From: Thermoplasmata archaeon
GTDB lineage: Archaea > Thermoplasmatota > Thermoplasmata > Lutacidiplasmatales > UBA184
NCBI GenBank assembly: GCA_022750205.1
Contig: JAKIWD010000003.1
Location: 1 to 41,598 of the forward strand
Length of the DNA stretch: 41,598 nucleotides
Direction of reading: 5' to 3'
The translations under genes were made by a program, and so were the position numbers. Numbering within the stretch: position 1 is the first letter of the stretch; each line of letters begins with the position of its first letter. Positions 25,102 through 33,709 of this stretch are shown here, one piece after another. The notes under the pieces are model-generated. The model worked only from the letters and a program-made list of their open reading frames with translations, was not told the DNA's origin and searched no databases.

Positions 25102-25987
25102 ACATCTCCGCACGCTCCAGGCGTGCCCCGAGGTAATCGTCGAACAGGTCGATCGATCGGAGGAACACGCTCTGGACGTCCTCTACGAGGTTGAGCGCCT
25201 GCGCGTGGCGCTCGACAAGGGCCAATGCAGCGTCGGCATGACCCAGGTCGACCTCGTAGCCTTCCCGCAGGAACGCCTTGGTTTCGGGCGAGATCGCCAT
25301 CCCATCGAGGATGGCCGGATCAAAGTAGTGCACCGTCGCTCCGGCCGGAAGGAGGTTGCGGTGGGCGATCAGCTCCAGCGAGTGCATCGCGGCCATCGCC
25401 GAGACCCAGTGCTCCTGCTCGCAGATCCGGTGCCACTCCTTGAGCACGCGCTCGGTGGTCGGCAGGCCCGGAGTCGCCAGGATGATCGCGCGGGAAAGTC
25501 CGACGCTCTCCCCCATCCGCAGCAGGAGCTCGTAGTGCGACGGCAGTCCGGGTCCCCTTCCGCCGAACTCGGTGTCGATGTTGTCGATCTCGTAGAGCAC
25601 GACGTCGGGCTGGCCCGACCGCGCGAGAATGAAGGCGCAGCAACGGACCCACTGGCGCAGAAAGTGCTGGTGCTCGACCGCGTACCCCAACAACACAGAC
25701 CGCTCGGGATGTTGTAACGCGACCACGAACGGGTGGGGTCGCTCGCCGAAAAAACGCCGAATGAACCTCCGCTTGATCCAGTGGGCGAGCCCCTCCGGTG
25801 GGAGCAGAAAGATATCGCGCAGCTGCTCCGTCAGCGTATCACGCTCGACACGTCGAAGGGAAATCGATTGGTTCAGCCAGCGGACGTGGCTCGGTTCGCT
25901 CTGCGATGCCTGGTCGAGCAGATGCGTCGCGAGCGCGGGGAAGTCTCCGACGGGGAACCCCTGGAGACACACCGGGCACTTCGTCAC
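25085..25987 (-). CDS. N-terminal C2H2-like zinc finger plus heme-oxygenase-like domain (CADD/PqqC/TenA superfamily); putative iron redox enzyme
   Basis: CPVC-x14-H-x11-H, then HPFV, NIDTEFGG...SHYELLLRMGESVGL, AAMHSLE and EGYEVDLGH. The helix and ligand order matches HO-like diiron proteins. Confidence 0.78.
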   Translation of the reverse strand: MTKCPVCLQGFPVGDFPALATHLLDQASQSEPSHVRWLNQSISLRRVERDTLTEQLRDIFLLPPEGLAHWIKRRFIRRFFGERPHPFVVALQHPERSVLLGYAVEHQHFLRQWVRCCAFILARSGQPDVVLYEIDNIDTEFGGRGPGLPSHYELLLRMGESVGLSRAIILATPGLPTTERVLKEWHRICEQEHWVSAMAAMHSLELIAHRNLLPAGATVHYFDPAILDGMAISPETKAFLREGYEVDLGHADAALALVERHAQALNLVEDVQSVFLRSIDLFDDYLGARLERAEMYGPPA

Positions 25988-25999
25988 TCGACCCTCATC

Positions 26000-26215
26000 C
26001 TAGAACGGAAACTCCGCCGGGAGCCGCTCTCGAAGTTGTCGGTACTCCGGATCGTCGCCGTGCCGGGTCCTCAGGTCGAGTAGGAACTCGCGGACCTGGG
26101 CCGCAGTCAGCTTCCGGTAGCCTCCGACCATCTCGATCGTGCCCTCGAAGTCCGAGTGGCATGCCTCGAAGCAATTGCCCATTCCGGTCAGCAGCTCGCG
26201 CTCTCGGGGGGTCAC
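26000..26215 (-). CDS. Small (71 aa) hypothetical protein, first gene of the three-gene operon
   Basis: The GTG at 26215 gives MTPRERELLTGMGNCFEACHSDFEGTIEMVGGYRKLTAAQVREFLLDLRTRHGDDPEYRQLRERLPAEFPF, which has a helical, protein-like composition. A TATA-like GATATAG lies 23-29 nt upstream. The stop is 12 nt before the next start. Confidence 0.75.
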   Translation of the reverse strand: MTPRERELLTGMGNCFEACHSDFEGTIEMVGGYRKLTAAQVREFLLDLRTRHGDDPEYRQLRERLPAEFPF

Positions 26216-26301
26216 GTCTGGACTTAGGCGGGTGGGCCTATATCGGCGTATTCCCGATGCGGGGGCGGTCGCCCGCCCCGGCCGAACCGGGGACCAGGCC
26301 C

Positions 26302-26835
26302 TCACGAAAGCGGCGCCCCACCGGGGGGAGGGTAGACGGCGACGAGAGAGGTCGTGAACTCAACCATCGTCGACCCCTGTGGGTTGGCTGACGTGAAGGC
26401 GACGTACCAGGTCCCCGCCGGGACCGTGAGCTCGATCCCCCCGCTGTCCACGGGCCCGACGGACCAGAGGGAGCCGGGGGCCGATTGATCGGTCTCCAGG
26501 GACTCGAAGGCCGCCGGGGTCAGCAGGTAGGCGGTCACCGGGGCATTCGACATGAACGTCCCGCTCACCGAGGCGCCCATGGCCAGTCCGAACACCACGT
26601 CGTTGAAGGCCCCGGAATCGATGTTGAGGTTGGTCCCGCTCGGCACGAGGACCTGGGCGCGGGAAGTCGTGAGATTGGAGGGTAGGGATGGTTGGCTGAC
26701 GAGCGGCGTCCCGAACGCTTGGGGATGGGAGGTCGGAAACGCGTAGTCCACGACCACCAGCACCAGGAGCAGCCCTGCGGCGATGCTCACGACCAGGAGC
26801 GGAAGGTTGCCGCGACCCGAGGGTCGGCGATGCAC
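26302..26835 (-). CDS. N-terminally anchored membrane protein with a beta-sandwich (GOLD/PPC-like) extracellular domain
   Basis: Basic N-terminus, TM helix LLVVSIAAGLLLVLVVV, then VSGTF...VTAYLLTPAAF...VPAGTWYVAF. Similar to 32091-32615. Confidence 0.7.
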   Translation of the reverse strand: MHRRPSGRGNLPLLVVSIAAGLLLVLVVVDYAFPTSHPQAFGTPLVSQPSLPSNLTTSRAQVLVPSGTNLNIDSGAFNDVVFGLAMGASVSGTFMSNAPVTAYLLTPAAFESLETDQSAPGSLWSVGPVDSGGIELTVPAGTWYVAFTSANPQGSTMVEFTTSLVAVYPPPGGAPLS

Positions 26836-26973
26836 GTCAAGGGCAACGCGCGCAGCTATTTCTGCCGTCCGCAGGTCCCGTGACCGGGAGAAATTGCGGG
26901 AAGAATCGAGTGGTGGCGCATCGGCATCCTCCGGGTGACATGGGCAAAGAGTGGCCCTCGGTGCTGGTCCGGC

Positions 26974-27420
26974 CTACGGAGCACCGGGGGGCAACGGGCC
27001 GCCCTCCCACGTGGGGCCCAACGGTGCGCCGCATGCCCGGCAGAACCTAAACCTCGGCCCGTTGCGCGCGTTGCAGCGCGGGCAGAATTTCGGCCCAAAC
27101 CCGAGTCCATCCGGGTAGCCTCCTCCCGGACCGCCGAATCCCTGCGGCCCCCCGGCTTGGAAGCCGTAGCCAGCGCGGTACCCGCCGTACAGCCTCATCC
27201 GAGAACCCCGGACGATCATCAGTGCACCGAACAGGATCAGTACCACCCCGAAGACACTCCAGATGGCAACGCGCAATTCGAACCAACCGGGGTAGGCCCC
27301 CGAACACCCCCGGCTGCCGACGCAGTCAGTGCTGATCGCCGAGTAGGCGAAGAGGGCGAACACGAGCCCGAGGAGGCCGAACAGTACCAGGACGAACCCG
27401 AACACCGCGAACGGGCGCAC
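26974..27420 (-). CDS. Two-TM membrane protein with Gly-rich linker and C-terminal zinc ribbon
   Basis: Two hydrophobic helices, a GGY/GGP-rich segment, and FCPRCNARNGPRFRFCRACGAPL. Confidence 0.78.
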   Translation of the reverse strand: MRPFAVFGFVLVLFGLLGLVFALFAYSAISTDCVGSRGCSGAYPGWFELRVAIWSVFGVVLILFGALMIVRGSRMRLYGGYRAGYGFQAGGPQGFGGPGGGYPDGLGFGPKFCPRCNARNGPRFRFCRACGAPLGPTWEGGPLPPGAP

Positions 27421-27563
27421 CTGGTTGCCGAGGTCGCCGCTCCCCTATCAACCTCGCGTCGGGGTGGGGTCGCGGGAGGTCCACAGTTCGGGGTGGGAGA
27501 GGGCGTCCGTCCCGATAACCGCCGATAGCCTCATCAACCCACCCATGTATTGATACGCATACT

Positions 27564-30185
27564 GTGCGGCCTTCGTCACTGCTTCTCCGGGTGGGTATCC
27601 CCGTACTGATCTGGGGACTCCTGGTGATCCCCGGCCTACCCGGCCTCCCCGTCTCGCCGTCTGCGGGGGTCCCCAGCGGGGGGGCCCCGTACGAGGAGAC
27701 CGCCCCCGCGCTGGCCGGGCCCCACGGCCACCCCGTCCCCACCGAGTTCCCCCCGACGCGGAGCCTCGGGGTACCCTCCACCAGATTCGCCGTCGACCCG
27801 ACCGCGTACTACACCTCCGAACCGGCACCGATGGGCATCGCCGATTTCGGCGTCAACCCCGCGAGCGGCGCCGGGTACCGCTACGCGACGACCGAGTTCT
27901 GGGGGGTGACGGATATCTCGTCCCTCTCGACGAAGAACAGCTCGTTGTCAGACTCCCACGACCTGTCCATCCAGCTCAACATCAACTTTCAGGTCACGAG
28001 CGGCTCGAACTCGTACACGTACTGGGTACAGGACGTGGCGTTCCTGAACTCTTCCGACCGGCTCATCGAGTTCATCGACAACGTCTGGAACATGTCGAGC
28101 TCCGGCGCCAGCATGTACAATTCCACCATCGTCGGGAACGGGTCGATCGGTCTGGCCGGGTCGCTGTACTATTACTACGCCATCGCGAACGGAGCGCTCG
28201 CCGGAAACGATGTCTTCCTGACCTATCCAAGCCAGATCGAGCTCGCGATGGTCTCAACCCCGCACGGCGGACGGCCCGGCGTGGCGTTCGAGTACAACGA
28301 CGGGAGCGGGTGGGTCACCTACGACAACATCGGCTTGCGGTTCGCGAGCGGCTACACGGTCACGGGATTCGTCGTCGACGGGACGAGCTACAACTCGGCG
28401 GGCCTGTTCGACGACGCCGAGATGACCCTTGGAGGGCCCGGCGGGGGCACGTCGATCAAGGACGTCCAGTCGAACCTGACGATGACCCTCTCCTACTGGA
28501 ACGGCCACAACTTCCAGCAGGTGACCAATGCCTACGGCTTCGGGAGCGATACGGCGGAGTCGATCAGCAACGTCGTCGCGACGGGGGAGTACTGGCGGTC
28601 GAACGGCACGCTGTTCGCCTCCGAGGCCAACGGCTCAGGGTCGCTCGGCGAGCTGTACGATCGTTCGTTCGTCGGCATCCTGAACGTCACGTCGCTGCTC
28701 CCGGCGGGCTCCCTCTCCCTCAACGGAACCTCCTACGGAACGTTTGCGGGACGTGACATGAACATCACCGTCGCCCCCGGCACGTACGCCCTGCAACTAT
28801 TCGCCGCGAACGGATCTCTCGACGCCTCCCAGATGGTCACGATCGCCGATGGCGCGTATGTCGCGCTGCGGTTCGGCGCGGCGCCCTCGTACCGCGTCAA
28901 CTTCCTGGAGTCCGGACTTCCACCCCTCGCGAGCTGGTCCGTCACGTTCAACGGGCAGACGCTCTCCACCACAAACAGCTCTCTCTCCTTCCTGGCGACC
29001 AACGGTACCTATGGGTTCCGCACGGGCCTCGTGCCCGGCTTCGCGTCAACGCCGACGACGGGAGTGCTCACCGTCAACGGAACCGCGTTCAGCCAGCCGC
29101 TGGTGTGGGCGCCGGTCACCTACGCGCTGACGTTCACGGAAACCGGGCTGCCGGCGGGCGCCGTCTGGGGCGTCCAGCTCAACGCCGTTGCCCATTTCAC
29201 GTCCAACGCTTCGCTCTTCCTTCGAGAGGTCAACGGCTCGTACTCGTACTCCTACCTGGTCGTGCCCGGCTACCTCCCGACCCCCGCTGTGGGCCAGGTC
29301 AACCTCACGGGCGCCGGGGCCACGATCCCCGTCCAGTGGGGATTGGCGTCGTACGGGATCACCGTCCAAGAGTCGGGCCTCCCGCTCGGCACGATCTGGT
29401 CGGCGACGCTCGATGGGATCACGCATTCCTCGAGCGCCGCCGTATTGGCCTTCGGCCTGGCGAACGGCAGCTACGCCTACTCGATCACATCGATCGCCGG
29501 CTACTCGGTCCAACCCCGGGTCGGGACGCTCAACATCTCCGGCCAGCCGCAGGCCCTTTCGGTGACCTTCAGCCCGGTGGTGTACACGCTCACCTTCACC
29601 GAGAGCGGGTTGCCGGCGGGCGCGGAATGGTCCGTCACGATCGGGGCGCTCGCGGCGGTGTCCACGGGCACCATCATCTCATTCTCGCTACCCAACGGGA
29701 CCTACTCCTTCGAGATCGCCACCGGTGCCTCGGACGTCGCGTCGATCCCCGGTAGCACGATCACGATCGACGGGCAAGGGGGCGATCTAGCGGTCCCGTT
29801 CCTAGCGGTCAACGGATTCCTTCAGGGCACGATCCTCCCGGCGAACGCTTCGGTCTATCTCAACGGCAGCCTGGTTCGGTCCGCGGGAGGATGGGTCAAC
29901 CTCACCCTGCTCCCCGGGTCCTACGTCGTCACGGTTTCCTTGGCCGGATTCCAACAGTACACTACCACGCTCGAGGTGCGCGCCGGTACCGTGACGCCGC
30001 TCAATGTCACGCTCACCGCCATCCCCGCCACCCCGCCGCCCAGTCCACGGGGCGCCGTCGGTCCCGGGGGCCTGACGACCCTCGAGCTCGGGGGGCTCCT
30101 GGCCGCGATCGCCGTGGCACTCGCCCTCGTTGCGGGCGCGTGGTGGGTCGGGCGCCAACGGCGTCGCCCACGTCGGTGGCGGTAG
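27564..30185 (+). CDS. Thermopsin-family membrane-anchored protease, paralog 3 (canonical motifs)
   Basis: Signal peptide, then PAPMGIADFG, SIQLNIN, YWVQDV, FIDNVWNMS, DAEMTLGGPGGG and AYGFGSDTAESI. Four Y-x3-(F/V)-x-E(S/T)GLP-x4-W repeats, a PEGA-like domain, and a TM helix followed by RQRRRPRRWR. Confidence 0.92.
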   Translation: MRPSSLLLRVGIPVLIWGLLVIPGLPGLPVSPSAGVPSGGAPYEETAPALAGPHGHPVPTEFPPTRSLGVPSTRFAVDPTAYYTSEPAPMGIADFGVNPASGAGYRYATTEFWGVTDISSLSTKNSSLSDSHDLSIQLNINFQVTSGSNSYTYWVQDVAFLNSSDRLIEFIDNVWNMSSSGASMYNSTIVGNGSIGLAGSLYYYYAIANGALAGNDVFLTYPSQIELAMVSTPHGGRPGVAFEYNDGSGWVTYDNIGLRFASGYTVTGFVVDGTSYNSAGLFDDAEMTLGGPGGGTSIKDVQSNLTMTLSYWNGHNFQQVTNAYGFGSDTAESISNVVATGEYWRSNGTLFASEANGSGSLGELYDRSFVGILNVTSLLPAGSLSLNGTSYGTFAGRDMNITVAPGTYALQLFAANGSLDASQMVTIADGAYVALRFGAAPSYRVNFLESGLPPLASWSVTFNGQTLSTTNSSLSFLATNGTYGFRTGLVPGFASTPTTGVLTVNGTAFSQPLVWAPVTYALTFTETGLPAGAVWGVQLNAVAHFTSNASLFLREVNGSYSYSYLVVPGYLPTPAVGQVNLTGAGATIPVQWGLASYGITVQESGLPLGTIWSATLDGITHSSSAAVLAFGLANGSYAYSITSIAGYSVQPRVGTLNISGQPQALSVTFSPVVYTLTFTESGLPAGAEWSVTIGALAAVSTGTIISFSLPNGTYSFEIATGASDVASIPGSTITIDGQGGDLAVPFLAVNGFLQGTILPANASVYLNGSLVRSAGGWVNLTLLPGSYVVTVSLAGFQQYTTTLEVRAGTVTPLNVTLTAIPATPPPSPRGAVGPGGLTTLELGGLLAAIAVALALVAGAWWVGRQRRRPRRWR

Positions 30186-30349
30186 CCGTCCGAAGCGGCC
30201 GTCGCAGACCCGGCCGGCGGCGACGGTCGCTCCCGCGGCGGGGCGTCTAACGATTTTTCTTGCTCCAACTTCCACGGTCGGGAGGGATTCCGACCGCAGG
30301 TGCTTCGGTGCCCGTCGGACCGCGAGGGCACCCACGGGCTTGGCGGCCG

Positions 30350-31192
30350 TCAACCCTCCGAGTCGGGGATGTCGAGGTAGCCCCGGAGCACGATGCGGGA
30401 AGCGCCGCTCAGCCCGACGCGCCCGTCGGAGCCGACCTCCACCTCCAGTTCTCCTCCCCGCGCGGAGGCTTGGAACGCCCGGAGCCGGTCCTTGCCGAGC
30501 TTCGCGGCCCAGTAGGGGCCGAGGGTCGTGTGGGCCACCCCCGTCACCGGGTCCTCATCGATGCCGCTGACGGGCGCAAAGCACCGGGAAACGAAGTCGT
30601 ACGGAGGGTCTCCGGGGGCCGTGGCCACGACCAACGGTGCCTGCGGAAGCTCCCGCCGCATCCGTGCGAAGTCCGGCCGAAGGGCGCGGATCCCCGCAAG
30701 CCCGCCGAATCGCGCGACGATCAGGCCGGACGTCGGTGAAACAAGGGTCTCCTCAATGGGGCCACCCCCCAGGATGCCGGCGAGGCCCGCGATCGGAGGC
30801 GTCAGAACCGGCGGGTGCGCCGGGAAGTCGAGCCGGATGCGGTGCCCCCGGGCCTCGGCCCGTAGCGTTCCGCTCAGGGTTTGGAACGTCAACGCTCCGG
30901 AGCCGAGCCCGAGCTCGTCGAAGAGCACCTTGGCCGTCGCCAGCGTCGCGTGGCCGCACAACGGGACCTCGATGGTCGGCGTGAACCAACGCAGCCGAAA
31001 GTCCGAGGAGTCGAACAGGTCCCCGTTGACCGGCCGCAGGAACGCGGTCTCCGCGAGGTTCATTTCGGCCGCGATCGCTTGGAGCGTCCCGTCCGGACAG
31101 TCGTGGCGTAGGAGGCAGACGGCCGCGGGATTCCCGCGGAACGGCTGGTCGGTGAACGCGTCGACGATGTAGAGGGGGTGTCGTCGGGTCAC
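30350..31192 (-). CDS. PhzF-family isomerase/epimerase
   Basis: VDAFTDQPFRGNPAAV, EMNLAETAF, LRWFTPTIEVPLCGHATLA and EDPVTGVAH. Confidence 0.95.
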   Translation of the reverse strand: MTRRHPLYIVDAFTDQPFRGNPAAVCLLRHDCPDGTLQAIAAEMNLAETAFLRPVNGDLFDSSDFRLRWFTPTIEVPLCGHATLATAKVLFDELGLGSGALTFQTLSGTLRAEARGHRIRLDFPAHPPVLTPPIAGLAGILGGGPIEETLVSPTSGLIVARFGGLAGIRALRPDFARMRRELPQAPLVVATAPGDPPYDFVSRCFAPVSGIDEDPVTGVAHTTLGPYWAAKLGKDRLRAFQASARGGELEVEVGSDGRVGLSGASRIVLRGYLDIPDSEG

Positions 31193-31216
31193 GCGCAGGC
31201 CAAGCGGCGCGGCGAC

Positions 31217-32002
31217 CTATGGCTTTGCCTCCAATCCGGGGGCGCGCTCCACCGGCAGGCTCGTCACCCGCCGAGCGTCCAGTAGCACTGTCTCCCGGAA
31301 CCACCCGCTCGCCTCAGAGACGTCCTTCGGTGACGGGAGGCAGAACCCGAACTGAGAGTCGGAACGGAACAGCCGATCGCAGGGCGAGCAGGCCGCGCGG
31401 CCCGCGTCGGTCAGCAACTCTCCCACCACATGAAGGTCACCCCCCGCGGCGTCGACGAAGCACGCGAGCTGGGCGACGCTCGACCCAGGGAGCGAACTCC
31501 GCACGCCGGTCAACAGGGACCGGAACGGCGCACCCTTGAGCGGCCAGAGTTCGAGATACGGGCCTTCGGGCCCGGATCCCACACGCGTCACCAGATATTG
31601 CCACGGTACGCAGTTGGGGACCCGTAGCTTCGCGAGTGGGAGCCGCAACACCCGGCTCCGGAGCCCGACACCGAGGGCGATCGGCCGGTAGTCGGAGAAC
31701 CGAAAGAACGGTGCGGCGAAACCCACGTCCGTCAGCTCGGCGGGCCCTTGCCGCTGAAGGGTAAAGTTCAGGCCGGAAACGTCCGCCGTGATGAGGAACA
31801 CGAGCCCCGCACCCGCCCATAGCCCCACGGCTGACCACCCATCCCCGGTGGGGAAGATCACGTCGAAGCCGGCCACGGCAAATAGTACCACGGCGAAGCC
31901 GGCGAGTAGGTAGGCGACTCGCCGCCCGCCGGTGTACCCCGTCGCCAGGATGGTCACCCGGATCGGGCCGGGTGAGGGGACCGGTGGCGGGTCCCTGGAC
32001 AA
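31217..32002 (-). CDS. Hypothetical membrane protein (two N-terminal TM helices)
   Basis: Hydrophobic VAYLLAGFAVVLFAVAGF and WSAVGLWAGAGLVFLI, then a soluble region. It fills the gap between same-strand genes. The start is uncertain (TTG 32002 chosen; the ORF track uses 32110). Confidence 0.55.
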   Translation of the reverse strand: MSRDPPPVPSPGPIRVTILATGYTGGRRVAYLLAGFAVVLFAVAGFDVIFPTGDGWSAVGLWAGAGLVFLITADVSGLNFTLQRQGPAELTDVGFAAPFFRFSDYRPIALGVGLRSRVLRLPLAKLRVPNCVPWQYLVTRVGSGPEGPYLELWPLKGAPFRSLLTGVRSSLPGSSVAQLACFVDAAGGDLHVVGELLTDAGRAACSPCDRLFRSDSQFGFCLPSPKDVSEASGWFRETVLLDARRVTSLPVERAPGLEAKP

Positions 32003-32090
32003 CGACAGTCTTTGCGCCCCTGCGGCAGAGACCGGCGACCCCTCATGTACATTGTTGGCGGCCGCACCGTACCCAGTCGGGGGTGGTCGG

Positions 32091-32615
32091 CTAGCCCGAC
32101 GCCGTGGCAAGGATGGTGCTGGTCACCGTCACTTCGGTGGTCGTCGTGGCGTTCTGGTTGGAGATCACCAGGTACCAGCTCCCCGCCGATAGGGTCAGGT
32201 CGAGCTTGACCGTCTGTAGGCTTCCCGACGAGTACACGTGCGAGGTGGAATTCCCCGTCGTGTTGAACGTTTGGAACTCGCTTTGATTGAGGATGAGCAC
32301 GACCGCGGCCTGACTGGCGAACAGGCCCCCGGTCACGGTGGCGGCGATCCGGAGGTCGAAGCTGATCTCCTCATAGTAGCCGGCAGGGAGCGACCACTTC
32401 GTTCCGGCGGCAGCGAGCACCGTCGGGGCGGCGGAGGCACCGCCGGAAGAAGTGGTGGCCTGCTCTTGGCGGACCACGACGACGGCCGCCCCCACGATCA
32501 CGGCGATGACGACCGCCGCGAGGGCGATGCGTCGATCGCGCCGGGACAACCGATTCTTCCGGGGGGGCGGGGGCCCGGGCTTCTCGACCTTGTCCGGCAA
32601 GGTCCCGGCGGCCAT
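32091..32615 (-). CDS. N-terminally anchored membrane protein with beta-sandwich domain (paralog of 26302-26835)
   Basis: RRDRR plus TM helix IALAAVVIAVIVGAAVVVV, then VTGGLF...VLILNQSEF...LSAGSWYLVISN. TTAA lies 22-25 nt upstream. Confidence 0.75.
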   Translation of the reverse strand: MAAGTLPDKVEKPGPPPPRKNRLSRRDRRIALAAVVIAVIVGAAVVVVRQEQATTSSGGASAAPTVLAAAGTKWSLPAGYYEEISFDLRIAATVTGGLFASQAAVVLILNQSEFQTFNTTGNSTSHVYSSGSLQTVKLDLTLSAGSWYLVISNQNATTTTEVTVTSTILATASG

Positions 32616-32673
32616 GCCCCGCGAACGTCTGCCGGGTTAAGGCGCGCGCGGCACGGGGCGGCGACCTTGCGAT

Positions 32674-33291
32674 CTAGTAGATTCCGGGGATGAGCCGCCA
32701 GGTCTTTCCGGAGTACTCTCGGTAGGACTCCCCGAAGCGTGCCACTAGCGCGGCCTCCTCGATCCGGATCCGGTAAACGTAGGCCGTAGCGCAGGCCAAC
32801 ACGGTGATTACCAACCCCATGGGCGTACCGAGCACGAGGGGCATTCCGACCGCGGTGAGGAATCCACCGGAGTAGGAAGGGTGGCGCAACCATCGGTACG
32901 GACCATCCCGGACGATCCGGTGATCGGCCGAGAGCGTGATCGGCATGGTGAAGAATCGGCCCAAGGTCGTCAACGCCCAGAGACGGGTCGCCAGGCCGAT
33001 GACCATGAGGGCCACTCCGACGGCCGTCGTCCAGAGGGGAAAATACCCGCCGATCCCGAGGAAGAACGAGAACATGGTCGACACCATGCCGATCGCGAGC
33101 GCCACCGCGATGAACGGATAGGTCCCGCGATCGATCGTGGACGGCGGCCGACGGGGAGCTCCCTGACGCCACGTCGAGCTACGGCCCACGTACTCGGCGA
33201 CGATCCAGGCCAGGCCGAGGGCGATCGCGAGCACGACGGGGAGCGGGTGGGCGCCCAGGGTGTTCAGTGCGTTCTCGACCACGGAGCTCAC
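32674..33291 (-). CDS. Isoprenylcysteine carboxyl methyltransferase (ICMT/PEMT) family membrane protein
   Basis: LGRFFT, HRIVRDGPYRWLRHPSYSG, RIRIEEAALVARFGESYREY and RLIPGIY. Confidence 0.93.
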   Translation of the reverse strand: MSSVVENALNTLGAHPLPVVLAIALGLAWIVAEYVGRSSTWRQGAPRRPPSTIDRGTYPFIAVALAIGMVSTMFSFFLGIGGYFPLWTTAVGVALMVIGLATRLWALTTLGRFFTMPITLSADHRIVRDGPYRWLRHPSYSGGFLTAVGMPLVLGTPMGLVITVLACATAYVYRIRIEEAALVARFGESYREYSGKTWRLIPGIY

Positions 33292-33388
33292 CCCGCCGAC
33301 TCCCTCAGGGATTTAGCCACGAGGGTGGAGACCGGCCGAGCGTCGGGCCCGGCCGGCAGGGCGGGTGCGGGTCGCTAGAAGCGCGAGC

Positions 33389-33616
33389 CTACTTTCCGCT
33401 GTAGCGGGCGACGTAGCCCTCGATGCGCTGGAGGAGCTCGCTGAGCGGCATGTTCGTGTCCTCGCGCGTCCACTCGAGCGTGATCGTGGGGCGAGCGGAG
33501 CCCTCGCTGATGGGGAGAGTGAGTCCGACGGTCACGCGGTGCGGCTGCATCTCGACGATGTCGGCGATCGCCTGGTCGGCGGGGGTGGTCGTTTCCTTCG
33601 CAGTGCCCTGGGCCAT
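33389..33616 (-). CDS. Small hypothetical protein (75 aa)
   Basis: MAQGTAKETTTPADQAIADIVEMQPHRVTVGLTLPISEGSARPTITLEWTREDTNMPLSELLQRIEGYVARYSGK has a normal composition and fills an intergenic gap on the strand of its neighbours. Confidence 0.6.
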   Translation of the reverse strand: MAQGTAKETTTPADQAIADIVEMQPHRVTVGLTLPISEGSARPTITLEWTREDTNMPLSELLQRIEGYVARYSGK

Positions 33617-33709
33617 GGGTCGGGCGAACAGTGGAACCATTACTTCATGGATTCGACGCGCCGGCGCCTGTCCACGCCAACCGGCCCTGAGGGCGCGCGT
33701 CGCCGCGGA

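Noticed and set aside
25085-25987. Calling this gene pqqC or tenA
   Set aside because: No other pqq or thiamine genes are in the window, it has an extra zinc finger, and the ligand pattern is atypical. Only superfamily-level assignment is supported.
30350-31192. Phenazine biosynthesis cluster
   Set aside because: It is a lone PhzF-family gene with no other phz genes. The family is widespread as stand-alone isomerases.
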